64,000 nt of DNA from Eledone cirrhosa (GCA_964016885.1 OZ024740.1:83700001-83764000), one strand, 5' to 3'. Shown: positions 40,428 through 55,651, counted from the stretch's first letter. Notes: generated from the sequence alone by a model not told the origin. Translations and numbers: made by a program.

Positions 40428-41298
40428 CGAGGTGTGTCAGAAAAGTTCCAGGACTGATGTCACAAAAGATTTATTTCAAACCCAAACTTCACACTAAGAG
40501 TTTTCTCCTTCAAAGTAATCCCCCTGGAGTATGTAACTGTAATCTTAGCTCTCTGCAGCGATCAAACTTTCTTCTTCATAATTTTATATACATGTCCTCT
40601 GTTTCAGGTCGTCATGCAATGAGCACAGAGCAACGAACAAACTTGAAAACTCCGCCAGAAGCACTGGGATTGCTGCAGCAAGTGTATGGAGATGAGATGA
40701 TGTCACGCTCACGTGTTTTTGTTGTGGTGCAAGAGGTTTAAAGAAGGACGCGAGGACATGAAAGATGACCCCAGGAGCGAAAGGCCCTAAACAACTGGGA
40801 CTGAGGTCAACGTTGAGCGCGTCAGGTAGATAGTGCGTAGCGATCGTTGGTTGACTGTTCGACTGATGGCAAATGAGCTGGGCATGAATCGGGACAGCGT
40901 CTGGAAGATTCTCACTGAAGATTTGGACATGCAAAATTGCTGAACGATGACCAGAAGGGTCGACGCATGCAAGTGTGCCAGGACATCCTCGAGCGTCTTG
41001 AAACCGAACCAGACTTGCTAGGGACAGTCATCACAGGTGATGAGTCATGGATCTTCGAGTACGACCCGGAGGGGACCCGTTTTGAAGACGTTGACGACAT
41101 CAAAAAGCCCGTGACGACGGAACTGCGGAGGATCCCGGAAGAATCCTTCCAGGAGTGCATGCAAGCGTGGAAGAAAAGGATGGAAAAGTGCATTAGACTC
41201 CAGAAGGCTTACTTTGAAGGAGAAAACTCTTATTGTGAAGTTTGGGTTTGAAATAAATCTTTTGTGACATCACTCCTGGACTTTTTTGACCCACCTCG
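40428..41298 (+). mobile_element. Internally deleted mariner transposon with about 105-bp TIRs
   Basis: TA flanks; TIR cgaggtg.gtca.aaaagt; transposase remnants QVYGDEMMSRSRVF, ITGDESWIFEYDPE, YFEG. Confidence 0.92.
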
Positions 41299-41392
41299 TA
41301 TATATATTGGAAAAGTAAATAACAACAACAAGGAGTACAGTTACGAAAGGTGTTAGTTATTACGTTCACGCTTGAGAGTGGAGGATGGCGGT

Positions 41393-41420
41393 GACGTTTC
41401 GGGAATAAGCCCTTCATCAG
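41393..41420 (-). ncRNA. Minimal hammerhead core at the 3' end of a 1.5-kb CA-rich element
   Basis: CTGATGA-a-ggg-cttatt-ccc-GAAACGTC; stem I not evident. Confidence 0.55.
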
Positions 41421-44328
41421 GAGAATGGTGGGAAGAAGAGGAATTCCGAGAGTGTGTGAGGGGTGAGTGGTGGAAAAACATTAAAATAACAGGAAACAAA
41501 TTTAAATAAAGGGAAAAAAATTTAAATAAAAATAACAAATGAATAGGACAAACAGTGAGAACAAGTGGTGAAAGGGTGTGAGGCGTGTAGGGTGGTGGTG
41601 GGAGGATGGAGGAGGAGGGGAGAAGGAAATTGGGGTCCGAGTGTGGGGAGGGTGGAAGGTGGGGTGTAGGTATACGTGTATGTATGTATGCATGGATGTC
41701 ATGTGAGAGTCTGGGAGAGAACGGGGTTCCATGCTCGGGTGCTAGGAAAACCTGTGTGTACATGGGGTGGGGTGTAACTATGTGTGTGTGTGTGTGCGTG
41801 TGGATGGAGAGGAGTCGGAAGGGGTGGGGAGAGGGAGCGTGCGGAGTCCAGAAGCAGAGTGGTGTATGTGACGCACGTGTGTGTGTGTGTTTTTGTGTGG
41901 TGTGGATATGTGGGAATGTATGGTTGCGTGTGTACGAAATGGTGTAAATGTGTGTGAATGATTTTTCGGTGTGTGTGTGTGGACGGATAGTGAAATTGCG
42001 GGTGGTAACTCGTAGATAACCTGAGAGTGTGACCAGCTGTGTAGTATCCGCGGAAATGGTGAGGAGGAAGTAGAACGTTGTAAGGCGCGCGCAACAGGAA
42101 GTGGTCAAGATGGTCAAGGTAGGGGGTAGAGAAGGCAGAGCGAAGTGTGCGACAGAGGGAGAAGGGATGAGAAGTAGTCGAAGGGTAGTCAGTGTCAGAG
42201 GTAGTAGCAAGTGTGCGGAGGTGCGGTGGGCGGGACAGGAGGTGGGTCAGTGTGAAAAGTTGAAGGAGAGGGTAGTGAAGTGTGTAGGGGGTTGTGTGTA
42301 TTTTAGTGGAGGTGTTGGTAGGATGTGGGGGCGGTTAGTGAGGGGGGAAAGAGAAGATGCTGGGTACTGTATGAGTGAGTGTAATATAGTGGTGTGTCTG
42401 TGTGTTTGGGTATGAGTGAGTGTTTGTGGTAGGGTGGTTGTTAGTATTATTAGTGGTGGGGGTTCGACTAAGAGTGTGTGGTAGTGTGGATGTGGAGTAG
42501 GATTGGTGTCGGTGTGTACGTAGGTGTGGGTGAGTGTATATATGCTGGTGTGTGTTCGTGTGTGCGTTGTGATGCGGCGGTGGGTTGGGGGTGTTAGCAT
42601 TATTAGTGGTGGGGTGGTCAAATGTGGATGTTTGTGGCGGTTAGTGGTAGTAGTAGGGTGTGTGAATAGTGTGAGTGAGTGTATATATATATCTATATAT
42701 ATGCTGGTCTGTGTGTGGGCGAGTTGAGGGTGTGGGTGCCTGTGTGGAGGGGGGGGTACTATTATTGGTGGTGTGGTAGACCAAGGGGTGGGGTGGCTGG
42801 AAGTGGAGGGACTGTTAATCTTGGGAGTGTTTTAGTGGTGTTAGTATGGGGGAGTAGGTGAGGGGGGAACGGTCGAAGGCTAAATGAAGAGGGGTGGGGA
42901 TTTCAAATCGGGGGGTGAGGGTCTGTCGGTTGAAGATGGTGAAGGAAGTGGACTGAAATTCCTGCTAGTTATAGTTCACTCTAAGTAAACCTTCACACCA
43001 TGAAAAGAACTCCATAAAACGAAAATGATATTTGCTTTCACTGATACTTAGGTTCCTCTTAAATATTCTCCCGATATCAGTGTTAGTCCGTTAAATTATC
43101 ATTGTTTTGTTGTGGCAGGAACACGCGTATTCTCTGTTACCAATTTAATACTGAAATATAAAATCAGGATTCAATATCTGCGTTACACACGAGGGTGTAT
43201 AAATAATATTCTGGAAACCTCACCAGTATATTTAGATTTACAAGTAAGCCCTCTGTTGGCTTAAAGGATTTGCTCGATTTCCCATCACATTTACGGAAGC
43301 TCGAATTATCTCATAACAAATATATCTCCCACGTATTTGGCAAAACAAACACAGCATTATATTCTTTCAGTGATTTCATTCAGAAACGAAAATCCATAAA
43401 ACAATGGAAAATTCATAATTTAATATGGATATTTGCTGCTGTGATATAACAGCAAACAAATCGTCATAAACACCTGCCAGGCGTTGGTAAAATGAACATT
43501 TTAATTACGTTCTATTCATATATCCTTGTCATCCACAAAAATTAAACTCATACATATATTGATATGCGAGAAAATATAAAAATTACCGGACAATCAGTAT
43601 TCTTTGTTCTAATCATAGAATTACTACTGTTGCTTTTTAAAGCTTTTGTTGGTCATGGTGGAGGCTAATGTATGATGAAACACGTCCCTGCAGTTAACAG
43701 TTTTGTGTATAGTAAAACAGTGTCTACATAACAACACATTTTTGTTAGTGTTTGGATATGATTTGAAAAATAGGCATGTTTATGCGAAGGAGTTCCTTCA
43801 ACAAATCAGACGCTCCATGGCCGCCTTCGAATAAATGTTGTATAGCTACTGGCATTTATGCTTCGCAACATAATGCTCAAGCAGGTACTATTTTCAAAGG
43901 AACAAAGATTGTTATTAACATAATCACCAACGAGCAGCTTTCTAGCTCCGTAAACATGCTTCTGAATTTCTATGTAATTATTTATCTTTTCAATATAAAT
44001 AACTACAAGCAAAATGTATTGTCAATGTCTATTTTATGCAATTCAGTTGAGAGAAAAATATCAGTGATGTTGCTTTCATAGATATACAGTGCACTGCATT
44101 GTCAATATCACAAAGATTCAACAGCAGGTGTTTTACCTGCAGTAAAAGTTTTGATGGTGGTGTAAATAGAATCACACAAAGAATTCTCACTATCTGAAGC
44201 GTGTTTGTTTTTATGAATTTGTTCTTTCAAAATATTGGTTTTGTTGGTGATTTTGTTTCTCTGCTTCGTTTTTGTAACAGATACCAATTAAATTATAAAT
44301 TTCCTCACAAACGCATACATACATATAG

Positions 44329-44371
<43 letters not shown>

Positions 44372-44627
44372 GAGGCACACACACACACACACAGACATAC
44401 AAATATATATATATATATACACATATGTTTGCAAATAAATGTGTTCGCAGGTGTGTCTGTGTGTGTGGGGGGGGGGGGTATATGTGTGTACATAACATCA
44501 CACTTTATAAGTAATATTAAAACAAGATATTATTATAGCATCAGGTACGTAAATATCTAGTAATGGTTCAATAAACATAGTGGACTGCCAGTAAAATAAC
44601 GAACCGACAGTTACATACAGTCACATA

Positions 44628-44729
<102 letters not shown>

Positions 44730-45059
44730 ATGAAAACTTGTTCACGTGACAGCCATAATTTCATTTATAACCAATCAAATTACGTTTATTAAAAAAAAAC
44801 TTTCGTTAGCCCCTTTGTTTTCAGTAAAAAGAAATTCAAACACTCATATATGAAAAAGCAACCTGGAGTCCCCCCACCCTCCTGGTTTGAAGAACTTTGT
44901 AACGCGAACTGGCGCGAAATTTATTATATTATTGACCAACCAATCAAATTACTTCTCTAAAAACCTGGCTTTTCGAGCCACCTTTTTCCATATAAAACAA
45001 GTAACATTCAAAGACCAACCAGATGTGAGAAAAACCACAGACCCTCCATCTCAACTCTA

Positions 45060-45095
45060 CTTTTGAAAAGCAGAAGGACTGCGAAACCGGTAAAG
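45060..45095 (+). ncRNA. Minimal hammerhead (UUGAAAA core), same family as 39914
   Basis: ctt-TTGAAAA-gcag-aagga-ctgc-GAAA-CCGG-TA-aag; flanks 45027-45160 match 39881-40010. Confidence 0.7.
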
Positions 45096-45231
45096 GAACC
45101 AAATAAATATATATATATTTTTTTAAATAAGACTCCAGTTTCATTTTCGATTTCATCTTTTTTCTTTATACTTTCACTCGTGCAGGACACCTCGGTTATT
45201 TTTCATTCTGTAAAAAAAACCTCACTTTCTA

Positions 45232-45920
<689 letters not shown>

Positions 45921-45989
45921 GGAAGCAGAAAATTGCTTTTTGTGATACAGTTCGTGGTTAAGAAAGCCAGTTTCATGGATGGTTTCATT

Positions 45990-48244
45990 TCGATGGTTTC
46001 ATTTCGAAAACATTCCATTGCGACAAAGGACGTAATGGTCGCACCGTGGAATACAACAAGGAAACATACGGCTTCAAATCATGTAAGAACCCACCTACCA
46101 ACCCTCAACTGGATGCCTTTGAACAGGACTTACTGAAGATGATTATGAATATCAAATTCAAAAAGCGGAGGAATAATAAACTCCAGAATGACATAAATAC
46201 ATTCCTAAAAAAGCTGCGACCCACCAATGGAATTATTGTCAAAGCGGACAAAACATCAAATGTGTATACGATGGATGTTAATACATACAATAGCTTCATA
46301 CGTAAGGAATTACATAGGAAATACAAAAAAACTAATGAGAGGCACTGATAAACATCAACAACGAGGCACACAATATAGTCAAACACCTAGGAATAGACGA
46401 CAGAACGGAGCCACTTAGGCCATGTACCCCCACATTTAATCTCAAGGACCACCAGGTAAATTTTTATTATAACCCCACTATTAGACTTGTATGCCCGTCC
46501 AAATCAGACATCGGGAAAATTAGTAAACATATATTAGACAGAGTGATAGCACAAATGAAGTATAAACTAGTGATTAAACTATGGGGTAACGCTACCGAAA
46601 CAATTAAGTGGTTTAACAATATAGCTAACAAAGAAGTATCTAAATGTATACAATTTGACATTAACGATTGTTACTCATCTATATCCCCCAACACCTTGGA
46701 TAAAGCCTTAGGATTCGCCAAAGCCAATTCTGACATAACAGACGACGAGATAAAAATCATATCAGCTGCCAGGAAAACAATAATTAAATTTGAAAACGCC
46801 TATTGGGAACGTAAGGATAGATTAAATAACTTTGACATCACGATGGGGGCTAACGACTCGGCTCAAGTCACAGATTTAGTAGGTATTTACATAGCCCATA
46901 GTTTACAAAGTGAGTTTAGCTACTTTCACGGTGGAATCTACAGAGACGACGCCCTCCTCCTGGTTAAGAATCTAAATAACCAAAGCATAGAAAGACTCCG
47001 TGAGAATATTAGAAAGACTCTCGGGAAACTAGGCCTTAGCACAACGTATGAGTATAGCACTAAAACAGTTAACTTTCTAGACGCGACGCTTAACCTAAAT
47101 ACGGGACTTATAAGACCTTTTCACAAGATTAATGAAAACTTAGCATACAACAACTGTAACTCAAACCACCCACTATCCATAATTAAATCCATTCCACGCA
47201 GCATATCCCTTAGGACTCCCGCCTCTCGTCTAACCGACAAATCTTCGAAGAATACTACAATACCGCATTAGACAAGGCAGGCCATTTAGATAGAGTAGAA
47301 CATATAGATGAGAGCCTCCGTAAAGCGCACACGAACACGCATAACACAAACTCCGGAAACACACGCACACACGCACTTACGCATAGAACTACAAAGTATA
47401 CGGTAAATAGAAATACAACATCGAAATCAAACAAGTCACGTTATAGAAAATATATTTGGTATAACCACATATTTAACACCTCTATTAGTACTAACCTACC
47501 CTCTACCTTCTTTAGAATAATAAATAAGCACTTACCAGATTCACATAGATACAGCAAAATCCTTAACACTAAATCTATTAGACTATCTTACTCCACGGCA
47601 CCAAATATAGAGGCCCACATTAAGATGCTTAACGCTAAAAAGATACATAACAACACCAAAACACAAATTTACAACAATAACAATACAATCACCATTGAAC
47701 ACAACAGAATATCTAATACACAACCACCCGCTAATAGGCAAACAAAACGTAACACACTTGTACAGGCATCGCAGCCCACAAATAATGACAAAGTTGCCCA
47801 TGACAAGAATTGTAACTGCCACCTACCTGAAACCTGTCCATTACATAATGAATGTATGCAGTCTAACCTGGTTTACCAATGCACAGTTGAATCAGACAAC
47901 CAGAAATGGTATTACATCGGAGCGACTGGGAATACATTTAAAGCCCGTTGGTATACACACCGTTACGCAATGAAACATTCCCAGCATCGTTATGTAACTA
48001 CCCTTGCAAACAAGACCTGGTAACTGAGGGAAAGTAACCATGAATACACCCTGAAGTGGAAAACATTATCGAACGCGCCCCATATCGGAGTGGTATGAGA
48101 AGCTGGCGATTATGCGACCTTGAGCTGTTCCACATCTTGAGTTCGAAGAATAAGTTACTCAACAATAAAATCGAAAGACCAATTTATTGTAACCATAGAC
48201 TCAAAGAGAAGTTTTCGCACTACAAGTGCAAATCGAACCCTTAA
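45990..48244 (+). pseudogene. Penelope-like element ORF (RT + C-terminal GIY-YIG), frameshifted
   Basis: KADKT, PSKSDIGKISK, FDI..YSSI, FDITMG..DSAQVTDLVG, YRDD, NFLD, SNHP, CNC..CPL..C..LVYQC..YIGAT..FKARW..H. Confidence 0.93.
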
Positions 48245-48825
48245 CCTCTTATTACCAACTGACAAACTGCATATATTTAGACTTTATACCCTCTTGTTGT
48301 AACTAAACCCTTTTAATTACCCACAAAAACCAATACCTATATGCCTATATACCCCCTTCTCCTTCATTCCTCTTATATTTCTTCGTTTACTTCCTTCCTT
48401 CCCTCCCCTTCTTGGCTATCTTTTCTTTTCTTCTTTCTCCCCCCTTCTTTGCTTTTATTTTTGTCATTATTATCTTTATCTTTATTTTTGATACATATAT
48501 TTATCTCTTTATATCTCCTCCCTTCCTCTCTCTCTATATATATATATCCCTCCCACTATGATCAATTTAATTCTCTTTAACTCACTACATTCCACGACAT
48601 GAAGTCTGAATAGCAAAACTGATCAAGGCATCCTTCCACCTCTACCCCTCCCTCCATCTCAGTTTGTCACTCTACTTCCTAACTCCTCCCCCTTCCTCTC
48701 TCTCTCTCTATTATTCTGTTTGTCCCCTCACCTTCTGATTCCTCTCTCTCTAAACTAGTAAATACAATTCCAAATAAATGTTTTTCTCTATATATTAAGA
48801 ATTATTTCAAGAGTAACTTACTCAC

Positions 48826-48927
48826 TATTTTGAAAATTTGGACTGTGAACAACAATTATAATTGAGTGGCTGCTATTTGCAGTATAGCAATATAAAGTTA
48901 CACTTATCAAAGAAACGGTCGTAAATA
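48826..48927 (+). ncRNA. Hammerhead in the 3' pLTR region of the PLE (UUGAAAA core, long stem II)
   Basis: tatt-TTGAAAA-tttg..[about 70-nt imperfect hairpin]..caaa-GAAAC-ggtc-GTA-aata. Confidence 0.65.
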
Positions 48928-48974
48928 CCTGGATAAAATCCTTCTGTTATTGCTTACCTGTGTTTTCTCTTTTA

Positions 48975-49030
<56 letters not shown>

Positions 49031-49038
49031 TATATTTA

Positions 49039-49114
<76 letters not shown>

Positions 49115-49256
49115 TATATATATATATATATATAATCCATGTAGTACACGATGTCGTGTCATTGTAATTAGCCGATCAAAGAAAAGCGAAATAATGTTTT
49201 TTTTTTTGTGGGGGTAGTTTTATCTTTTGCCATTGAATATTAAAATCTACAGTGTC

Positions 49257-49289
<33 letters not shown>

Positions 49290-49290
49290 A

Positions 49291-49344
<54 letters not shown>

Positions 49345-49899
49345 GGGGAGAGTGGGAGAGAGAGAGAGAGAGTGAGAGAGAGAGAGAGAAAGAGACAGAC
49401 AGAGAGAGAGAGAATAAAGAACAAATAAGACAAGGTCCAATAGTTAATCAATCCATCGATTTTCGATCGTTTCACTGGAAAACAAGAAGACGTAAAATCA
49501 TTTTTCCTGTGTATTGTTGCATGTTCAATTTTACGAGCGTGTTGTTTGTATTGATATTATATATGTGAAAAGAGGCGGAAAAATCAAGGATTTTATAAAC
49601 GGTGGGATCACATATTTCCTTGTTAACATTAGTCCGAATCGCAAGGATACTTTTGCTTTCAAATTTGTTCATTCAGTTATGGCTAGAATTCCGTGTCAGA
49701 TTTATGGGCGTAAATGTATAATTGTTTGCACATAATTTCTATGTTGTCTATTTTTATTTTATTTTAGTTTTTGTATTTATTTTTATTTTTATTTTTTACT
49801 TATCATGCTTTATTTGGCTACACACTCTTTCTTTTACTTCAGCAGAACGCAACTACCACCAAATTAGAAACTAAGCATTAACCTTTGCCGTAACGAAAT

Positions 49900-50370
49900 T
49901 CTAGAAAATGGTATATTCTCAAGATTTTATACTTGATAGGAACCACAAGCCATTACTTGTCATTTTTGGAACCAAGAAATGCATTCATGTCTACATAGAG
50001 AATCAGTTACACTGCTGGGTCACAATACAACTTGGTTACAATTTTACCAGAAACTATGTCTTAACAAAGAAGAGTAGATAAGCTGAGTATCTTTCACGCT
50101 TGACCAACACACAAAACATTGAACAAGAGGAAACTGGTACTACATTGGTTGTTGTAGAACCAGAGGTAAGCAACGCAGTTCTGGAGACAATTATCCAATT
50201 TCCTGTGAATTGTATCATGGATCGAGAGACTGCTTAGCATGGCAGTGTACTACAATAGGCAAAGCCCTGGCCAAAACAGGAGAAGAGAAACCGATGTCAA
50301 GCATACACATTGATTTTCCAGGTCTGATCAACTATCAAACCTTCTTCATCGCAGTGAGAGTCTAGATGTC
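49900..50370 (+). pseudogene. Gypsy LTR-retrotransposon pol remnant (RNase H and integrase)
   Basis: Manual translation gives NHKPLLVIFGTKK..QLHCWVTIQLGYNF and IHIDFPGLIN. Confidence 0.7.
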
Positions 50371-50509
50371 ATTAGTGAGAGATTAGATGTCAACTTGGTG
50401 CCAGAAACCCCTAGAGCATCAACAATTGCACATGGTTATGGCACTAGAATTTCGGCAACCAAGAGACGATATAATCCGATTCAGTTTACGTCTCATTATT
50501 TCATCAACT

Positions 50510-50658
50510 GTCATCAAGGGCGCTGGATTGGCAATATTGGTAGAGGGTCGGACGCCATGCATTGTAGCAAAGTGTCATGACCCTTTATGGTCTGAGTTCA
50601 AATAAAGTACCAGTAATACACTGGCATAATTGCTGGCCTTGTGCCAGAAGTAGAAACA
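50510..50658 (+). mobile_element. SINE with internal deletion and 15-bp TSD
   Basis: TSD attatttcatcaact at 50495-50509 and 50659-50673; A-box- and B-box-like motifs. Confidence 0.82.
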
Positions 50659-51923
50659 ATTATTTCATCAACTTCACAAGAACCCTCGGTATTACATATA
50701 TCACCCCTGAGCAGATCGAATTATATGAACATGTTTCTCATGCCTCTTGATTTCTAGAGAAAAGCTTATACTAGTTCTAGAGTAGTCATTCTTCTGTGGT
50801 TGTCTTAAAATGTTCACTTCCATTTAGAGCATGCATGGAATGAGAGTGAAAAAATGTCTGTCGTTATTTTAAGGATTATAATAAGAGAGTAAGCAGATGA
50901 TGTAGGTTGGACATCAATAGCTGCCCCTTAATTTAGCGTATCTTGCTAGGACCAAACAGTTGGATATCGTTAGAAGCAGCTTTTGATCGTGCGTCCTCCA
51001 AGCAATATAATGTTTGGAGCTAGGGTTTAGGAACTAAATTATGGCTATTAAGAAATTTCAGCAACTGCTTATAAAGCCGGTTTACTTAAATATGTAAAGT
51101 TGAATCAGGTAACAGTGCTTCGTAGCGTCTTGAAGATATGCAGTGTATTATTGTAAGTGAAATGCAGCCAATATTGGGTAACCTTGAGTATAAACCAGGG
51201 TCTAGTAGAACTATTATGAGGTTTAATAAAATACAATTACTAGTTGAAATTTAATAAAGTTATTAATAAGCCAAATATATTTCTGCAGATTTTCTTTGCT
51301 TGGTTTTATGAAATAATATATTGAGTAACACATTAGATATGTGGCCGTCAGAAGCCAGAGACCGTGTATTTGACACTTGCTTGTCATTGGAGTTAATAAC
51401 TATGGAAATTGTTACTATGGAAGCTCAAATTTAAATGAGAAGAGAAAGAAGTAAAGAAATAACGTGATGGGGCAGGTAGCGGGTATGAGGGTAATTACAG
51501 GGTGGGCAATGTAAGATGCGGTGGGCTTCTTTTCCCATTGCGTAATGTGAGAGAATATTCAGTAAAGGTTATTTGACGTGTACAATAAGATCGATGGAGG
51601 TGGCGTATGTAGAGTGGGTGAAACTAATTAAAAGATGGTGCAGCATGTCAGGTGTTTAGTGCAATGAACGGTATGACATATGGGTAATATTGAATGTCAT
51701 AATTACAAATTCTGAAAATGAGAGAGTAAAAAAGGAGCAAGGAATTATGTAATAATACATATATGTATGTATATATGTGTGTATGTATAATAACAGATAA
51801 AAGTTTAAGCAAAGAATTACTGCCTACACCCTTAACGGGATCTTCTGGAACTAAAAAAAATCCTTACCGAGCCCTCTTTGGATTTTAGTCTTCAAATTTA
51901 TTATTATTACTATATATAAATAA

Positions 51924-51984
<61 letters not shown>

Positions 51985-52232
51985 TTTCTTTATTAACCAC
52001 AAGGGTTTACATAAAGTAGACATTAAGGACAGTGCAGGACAATGCAGGACGGTACAAATGGGCATTTCTGCGTGTAAAAAACAAAAACAGAGGATGTAAC
52101 AAAAAATAACAATGAAAAATTCCCCAATAGGGGGGGGACTTCGGAGGGACATTTGTGGAGAAAGCCCAGTAAAAAGCCACAATGACCCTGACCACCAAGG
52201 CAAGTGCCCTCTCCCAGTTTTCCACCTTTAGT

Positions 52233-55200
52233 TTACAGATATATACTCAGAGTTGGCCCATTCACTCGGGCCATTCTTGCTTCTCTCACCCATCTTTCAA
52301 CAAAATGCTGGGAAGAGAGCACTTCCTTCTCTACTCTGATTTTCCTTTTCAAATGAAATTTGAAAAAGTCAATCAGAGCATCACCGAAGAGGTAAGTGCT
52401 CGTCTTCAGCCCTTTCAAACGTGTCCACCATACTATCTCTTTCGCCATGGCCACCAGACAGATAAAAACTGCCTGCCCTTCCCGGCTAAAGGAGGAGGGC
52501 GGGGCAATCCTCACGATAGACTCAGATGATAGCTGGATCCGTCCTAAACGCGACAGCAGGTGTTCGACATAAACCCACAAGTCAGCAATTTTCGGACACT
52601 GGACGAGTGCGTGCAGGACGGTTTCGTCGCCCTGCGCGCATCTCGGACATGCCCGGCTGACGGCACCTCCATGCCTGTAGAGTTTATCCCGAACTGGCAA
52701 GGCTCCTCGGTAGCACTACCAGGCCAGAGATTTCTGGAAGTTGTCCATAGGCCCTGGCCCGAAAGTTCTTCCGAAGAGATTGGCTAGTTGATTTTCGTCG
52801 ACGCCTAGAGTTTCCCCAAGTACGTCGTCGCTCTTCCCCTCCACTAATCCTCTATAGAACGCCGAGGTGGAGTTTCCACCGATCACATTGCCCGATTGGT
52901 CGAGGGCTGTGAGCGCCTGAAGACATTCCAGTCTCCAGGCGCTCCCTTTCGGTCTTCGCTTGACCCAGGACTGCAGCTCCGTCAAGGAAACGAACTGGGG
53001 AAAAACGCGTCTAGCAAACGGCGACCACACCTGATCACCGTCGAGGAAGAGGTGGAGATGTCGTAGCCTGAGCGCGTGCCTGCGCATCATCAGCCACGGC
53101 ATGCCCAGCCCTCCACGTAGCGGGTGTTGACAACAGATGGACCGCCTGACCATCGGAGCACGTCCCTTCCACAAAAGGCGAAAGAGCAAACGCTCCAGCG
53201 CAGTCAGGCGAGGCTTAGAACAAGGTACGACGGTTAGGCGGTAGCAGATGACAGACGCGATGTACGCGTTAGCCACCTCCGCTCGACCTTTCAGGGATAG
53301 CTTCCTCTCCGCCCATTTCTGGGTGAGAGAAGCCACCCTGCTCGTCACCTCGTCCCAGTTTTTGTCCGTCTGGAGGTCCGGACCGAACCAGACCCCTAGC
53401 AATTTAACCGGTCCGTCCGTCCAGCGCCCGACGACGCTGTTGGACGGCATGGACCTGCCTCTCCAGGTGCCGAGCTGCAGGCACACTGACTTTTCCTGGT
53501 TGATCATTGCTCCTGTCACCGCTTCGTATTCTCTTAGTGTAGTGCCGATCGCCTCGATGTGTTTGGCGTTCGACACCACTACGGTGACATCGTCCGCATA
53601 TGCTGACACGGATCTTCCGCATCCTAGTTCGCGCGGGACTCCCCTCAACGTCTCCAGTTTGTGCAGTAATGGCTCGAGAGTCAATACGTACAAGAGGGAC
53701 GAGAGGGGACATCCTTGGCGGACCGAGCGCATGATGTTGAACGGTTCCGACAGGTGACCGTTCACTCTCACTACAGAGCAGATGTCGCTGTGCATGGCAG
53801 CGATCCAGCCTCTGAAGACGGGCCCAAAGCCAGCCGCCCTCAGGACTGCCGCTAGGTAACGATGGTCGACCCTATCGAAAGCTTTCGACTGATCTAAATT
53901 GATCAAGGACCCACCCGTGCCAGGTTCCCTAGCTACCCTCTCTACGATGTATCGCATGAGGTGGAGGTTGTCGTGGATGGATTGTCGGGAATGGCGCATG
54001 TCTGCGCCTCTCCCACCAGACCACCAACGACAAGCGCCAACCTCTTTGCTAGCACCTTGGCCAAAATGTTAAACTCTGTGTTTAGCAGAGTTATGGGCCG
54101 GAAATTTTCTATGTTATCCCCCTTGTTCGGATCCTTTCTCAGCAGTGCCACCGCTCCTCGGCTCACAGAACTGGGAATTCTCCCGTTCTGTTGCCAGTTG
54201 CAGTAGACGTCCGCCAAGAGGCCTCCGAACAAGTCTGGCATCTGTACGTAAAGTTCATAGGGCAGACCATCCAAACCAGGCGATTTACCCCTTGTGCAGC
54301 CTGTCATTGCCTCCCGTACTTCAGCGACTGTTATCGGCTTTTCGCAACACTTCGCCTCAGTGGCCGAGAGCCGCGGCAGTCCGTCGAGGTAGACACTAAA
54401 GTCCATCCCTCTACCCGGCCCACCGCTGCCCCCGAACAGCTGAGCGAAGTGTCGCTGAAAAGCTTCACACATTTGCCCGGGATCGAGTAGCATGCGCCCG
54501 TCGTGGTCCACCAAAGACCGGATCGTGGCTTTGTTGCCACGACGCGCCTCCGCCACTCGGGCCCATTGAACGGCTTTCGTCCCCTCGTGTCTGAGAGCAC
54601 GCACCCTTGCTCTGACAACGCAGCCTTCGTGCTTTGCATTGAAGAATTGGTCAAGGGCCAATTTCGCCGCAAGCACGTCGGTCGCAATGCCTTTGCTAAG
54701 CGCCTCGTCTAATTTTCTAACTAGTTCTCCCTCTGCTCTATTTTTCTCTATTGCTAAAGCCTTACTAAACCTAATCGATTCTATTCTAATCGCTCTTTTC
54801 AGAGCAAACCACCACTTGTTGTTGACGATGGCCCCCGTCAACGCCCGCTTAACTAGTTCGCTAATCCGGTCTCTATAGGCCTTGCGCGCTGGTAAGGACG
54901 CGTTTAGCTTCCAGTAGCCGGGTCCTCGTCTATGAAGCCTATCTAAGTCAAGCACACAGGTCACGAATTTGTGGTCCGTGTAGCTGACTATCTTGAATTG
55001 TGGACAGCCTATGCTAGACCTATCTATTTCCCTACAAAATACTCTATCTAGATATGATCTGGATGACCCTATGCGGTTTGTCCAAGTCCACATTGGCACA
55101 TTCGGGAAATCCAATCGGTACCTGTCAGACAGTTCAAAACGCCTGAGCAGGTTGGTGAGGCTCTTGCACCCTCCACCCCTATCCGCTAATCCCACACAGT

Positions 55201-55651
55201 CCCAGCGTGCATCTAAGATCCCGTTCCAGTCGCCCACTAACACTAAAGAGCGGGACGTTCCAAGAAAGGTCTCCAGACGCCGGAAGAAATCAGGCCGCCC
55301 TGCTCCTGTCGGGGCATAGACGGCCACTAGCCTGAAAGCTTGCCCGTCTCCGCTGGTCACGTCCAGCACCACCAGCTTACCCTCTGGGTCCAGGAAGATG
55401 GCCCGTATGGCGAGATCCAAACCTCTCCGAAAAAGTACAGCAACTCCTCCACCGGATCCAGGACGGCTGGGAGATGCGTACACATCGTAGCCGCCGAAGA
55501 TCGGTGCGAAGGCCCGTGCTTCGGAGATTCTGGTCTCGCTGATGGCCACTACATCTATGTTTAGTGACCTGAGGTCGTTGAGCAGGTGACCCTGCTTCCA
55601 TGACGACCCCAAGCCACGCGCATTTATGCTGCCTATTCTGAGTGAGGTCAT
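52233..55651 (-). pseudogene. Tx1 ORF2 (APE endonuclease, RT, C-terminal zinc finger) with one frameshift (about 53982) and one nonsense codon (52716)
   Basis: SINARGL, ETR, VYAP, GDWN, SYLD, TDH; LDQSKAFD, RQGCPLS, YADD; CPRC..ETVLHALVQC. Confidence 0.93.

Noticed and set aside
42990-44200. Coding-like unique sequence
   Set aside because: Stops in all frames examined and no identifiable motif.
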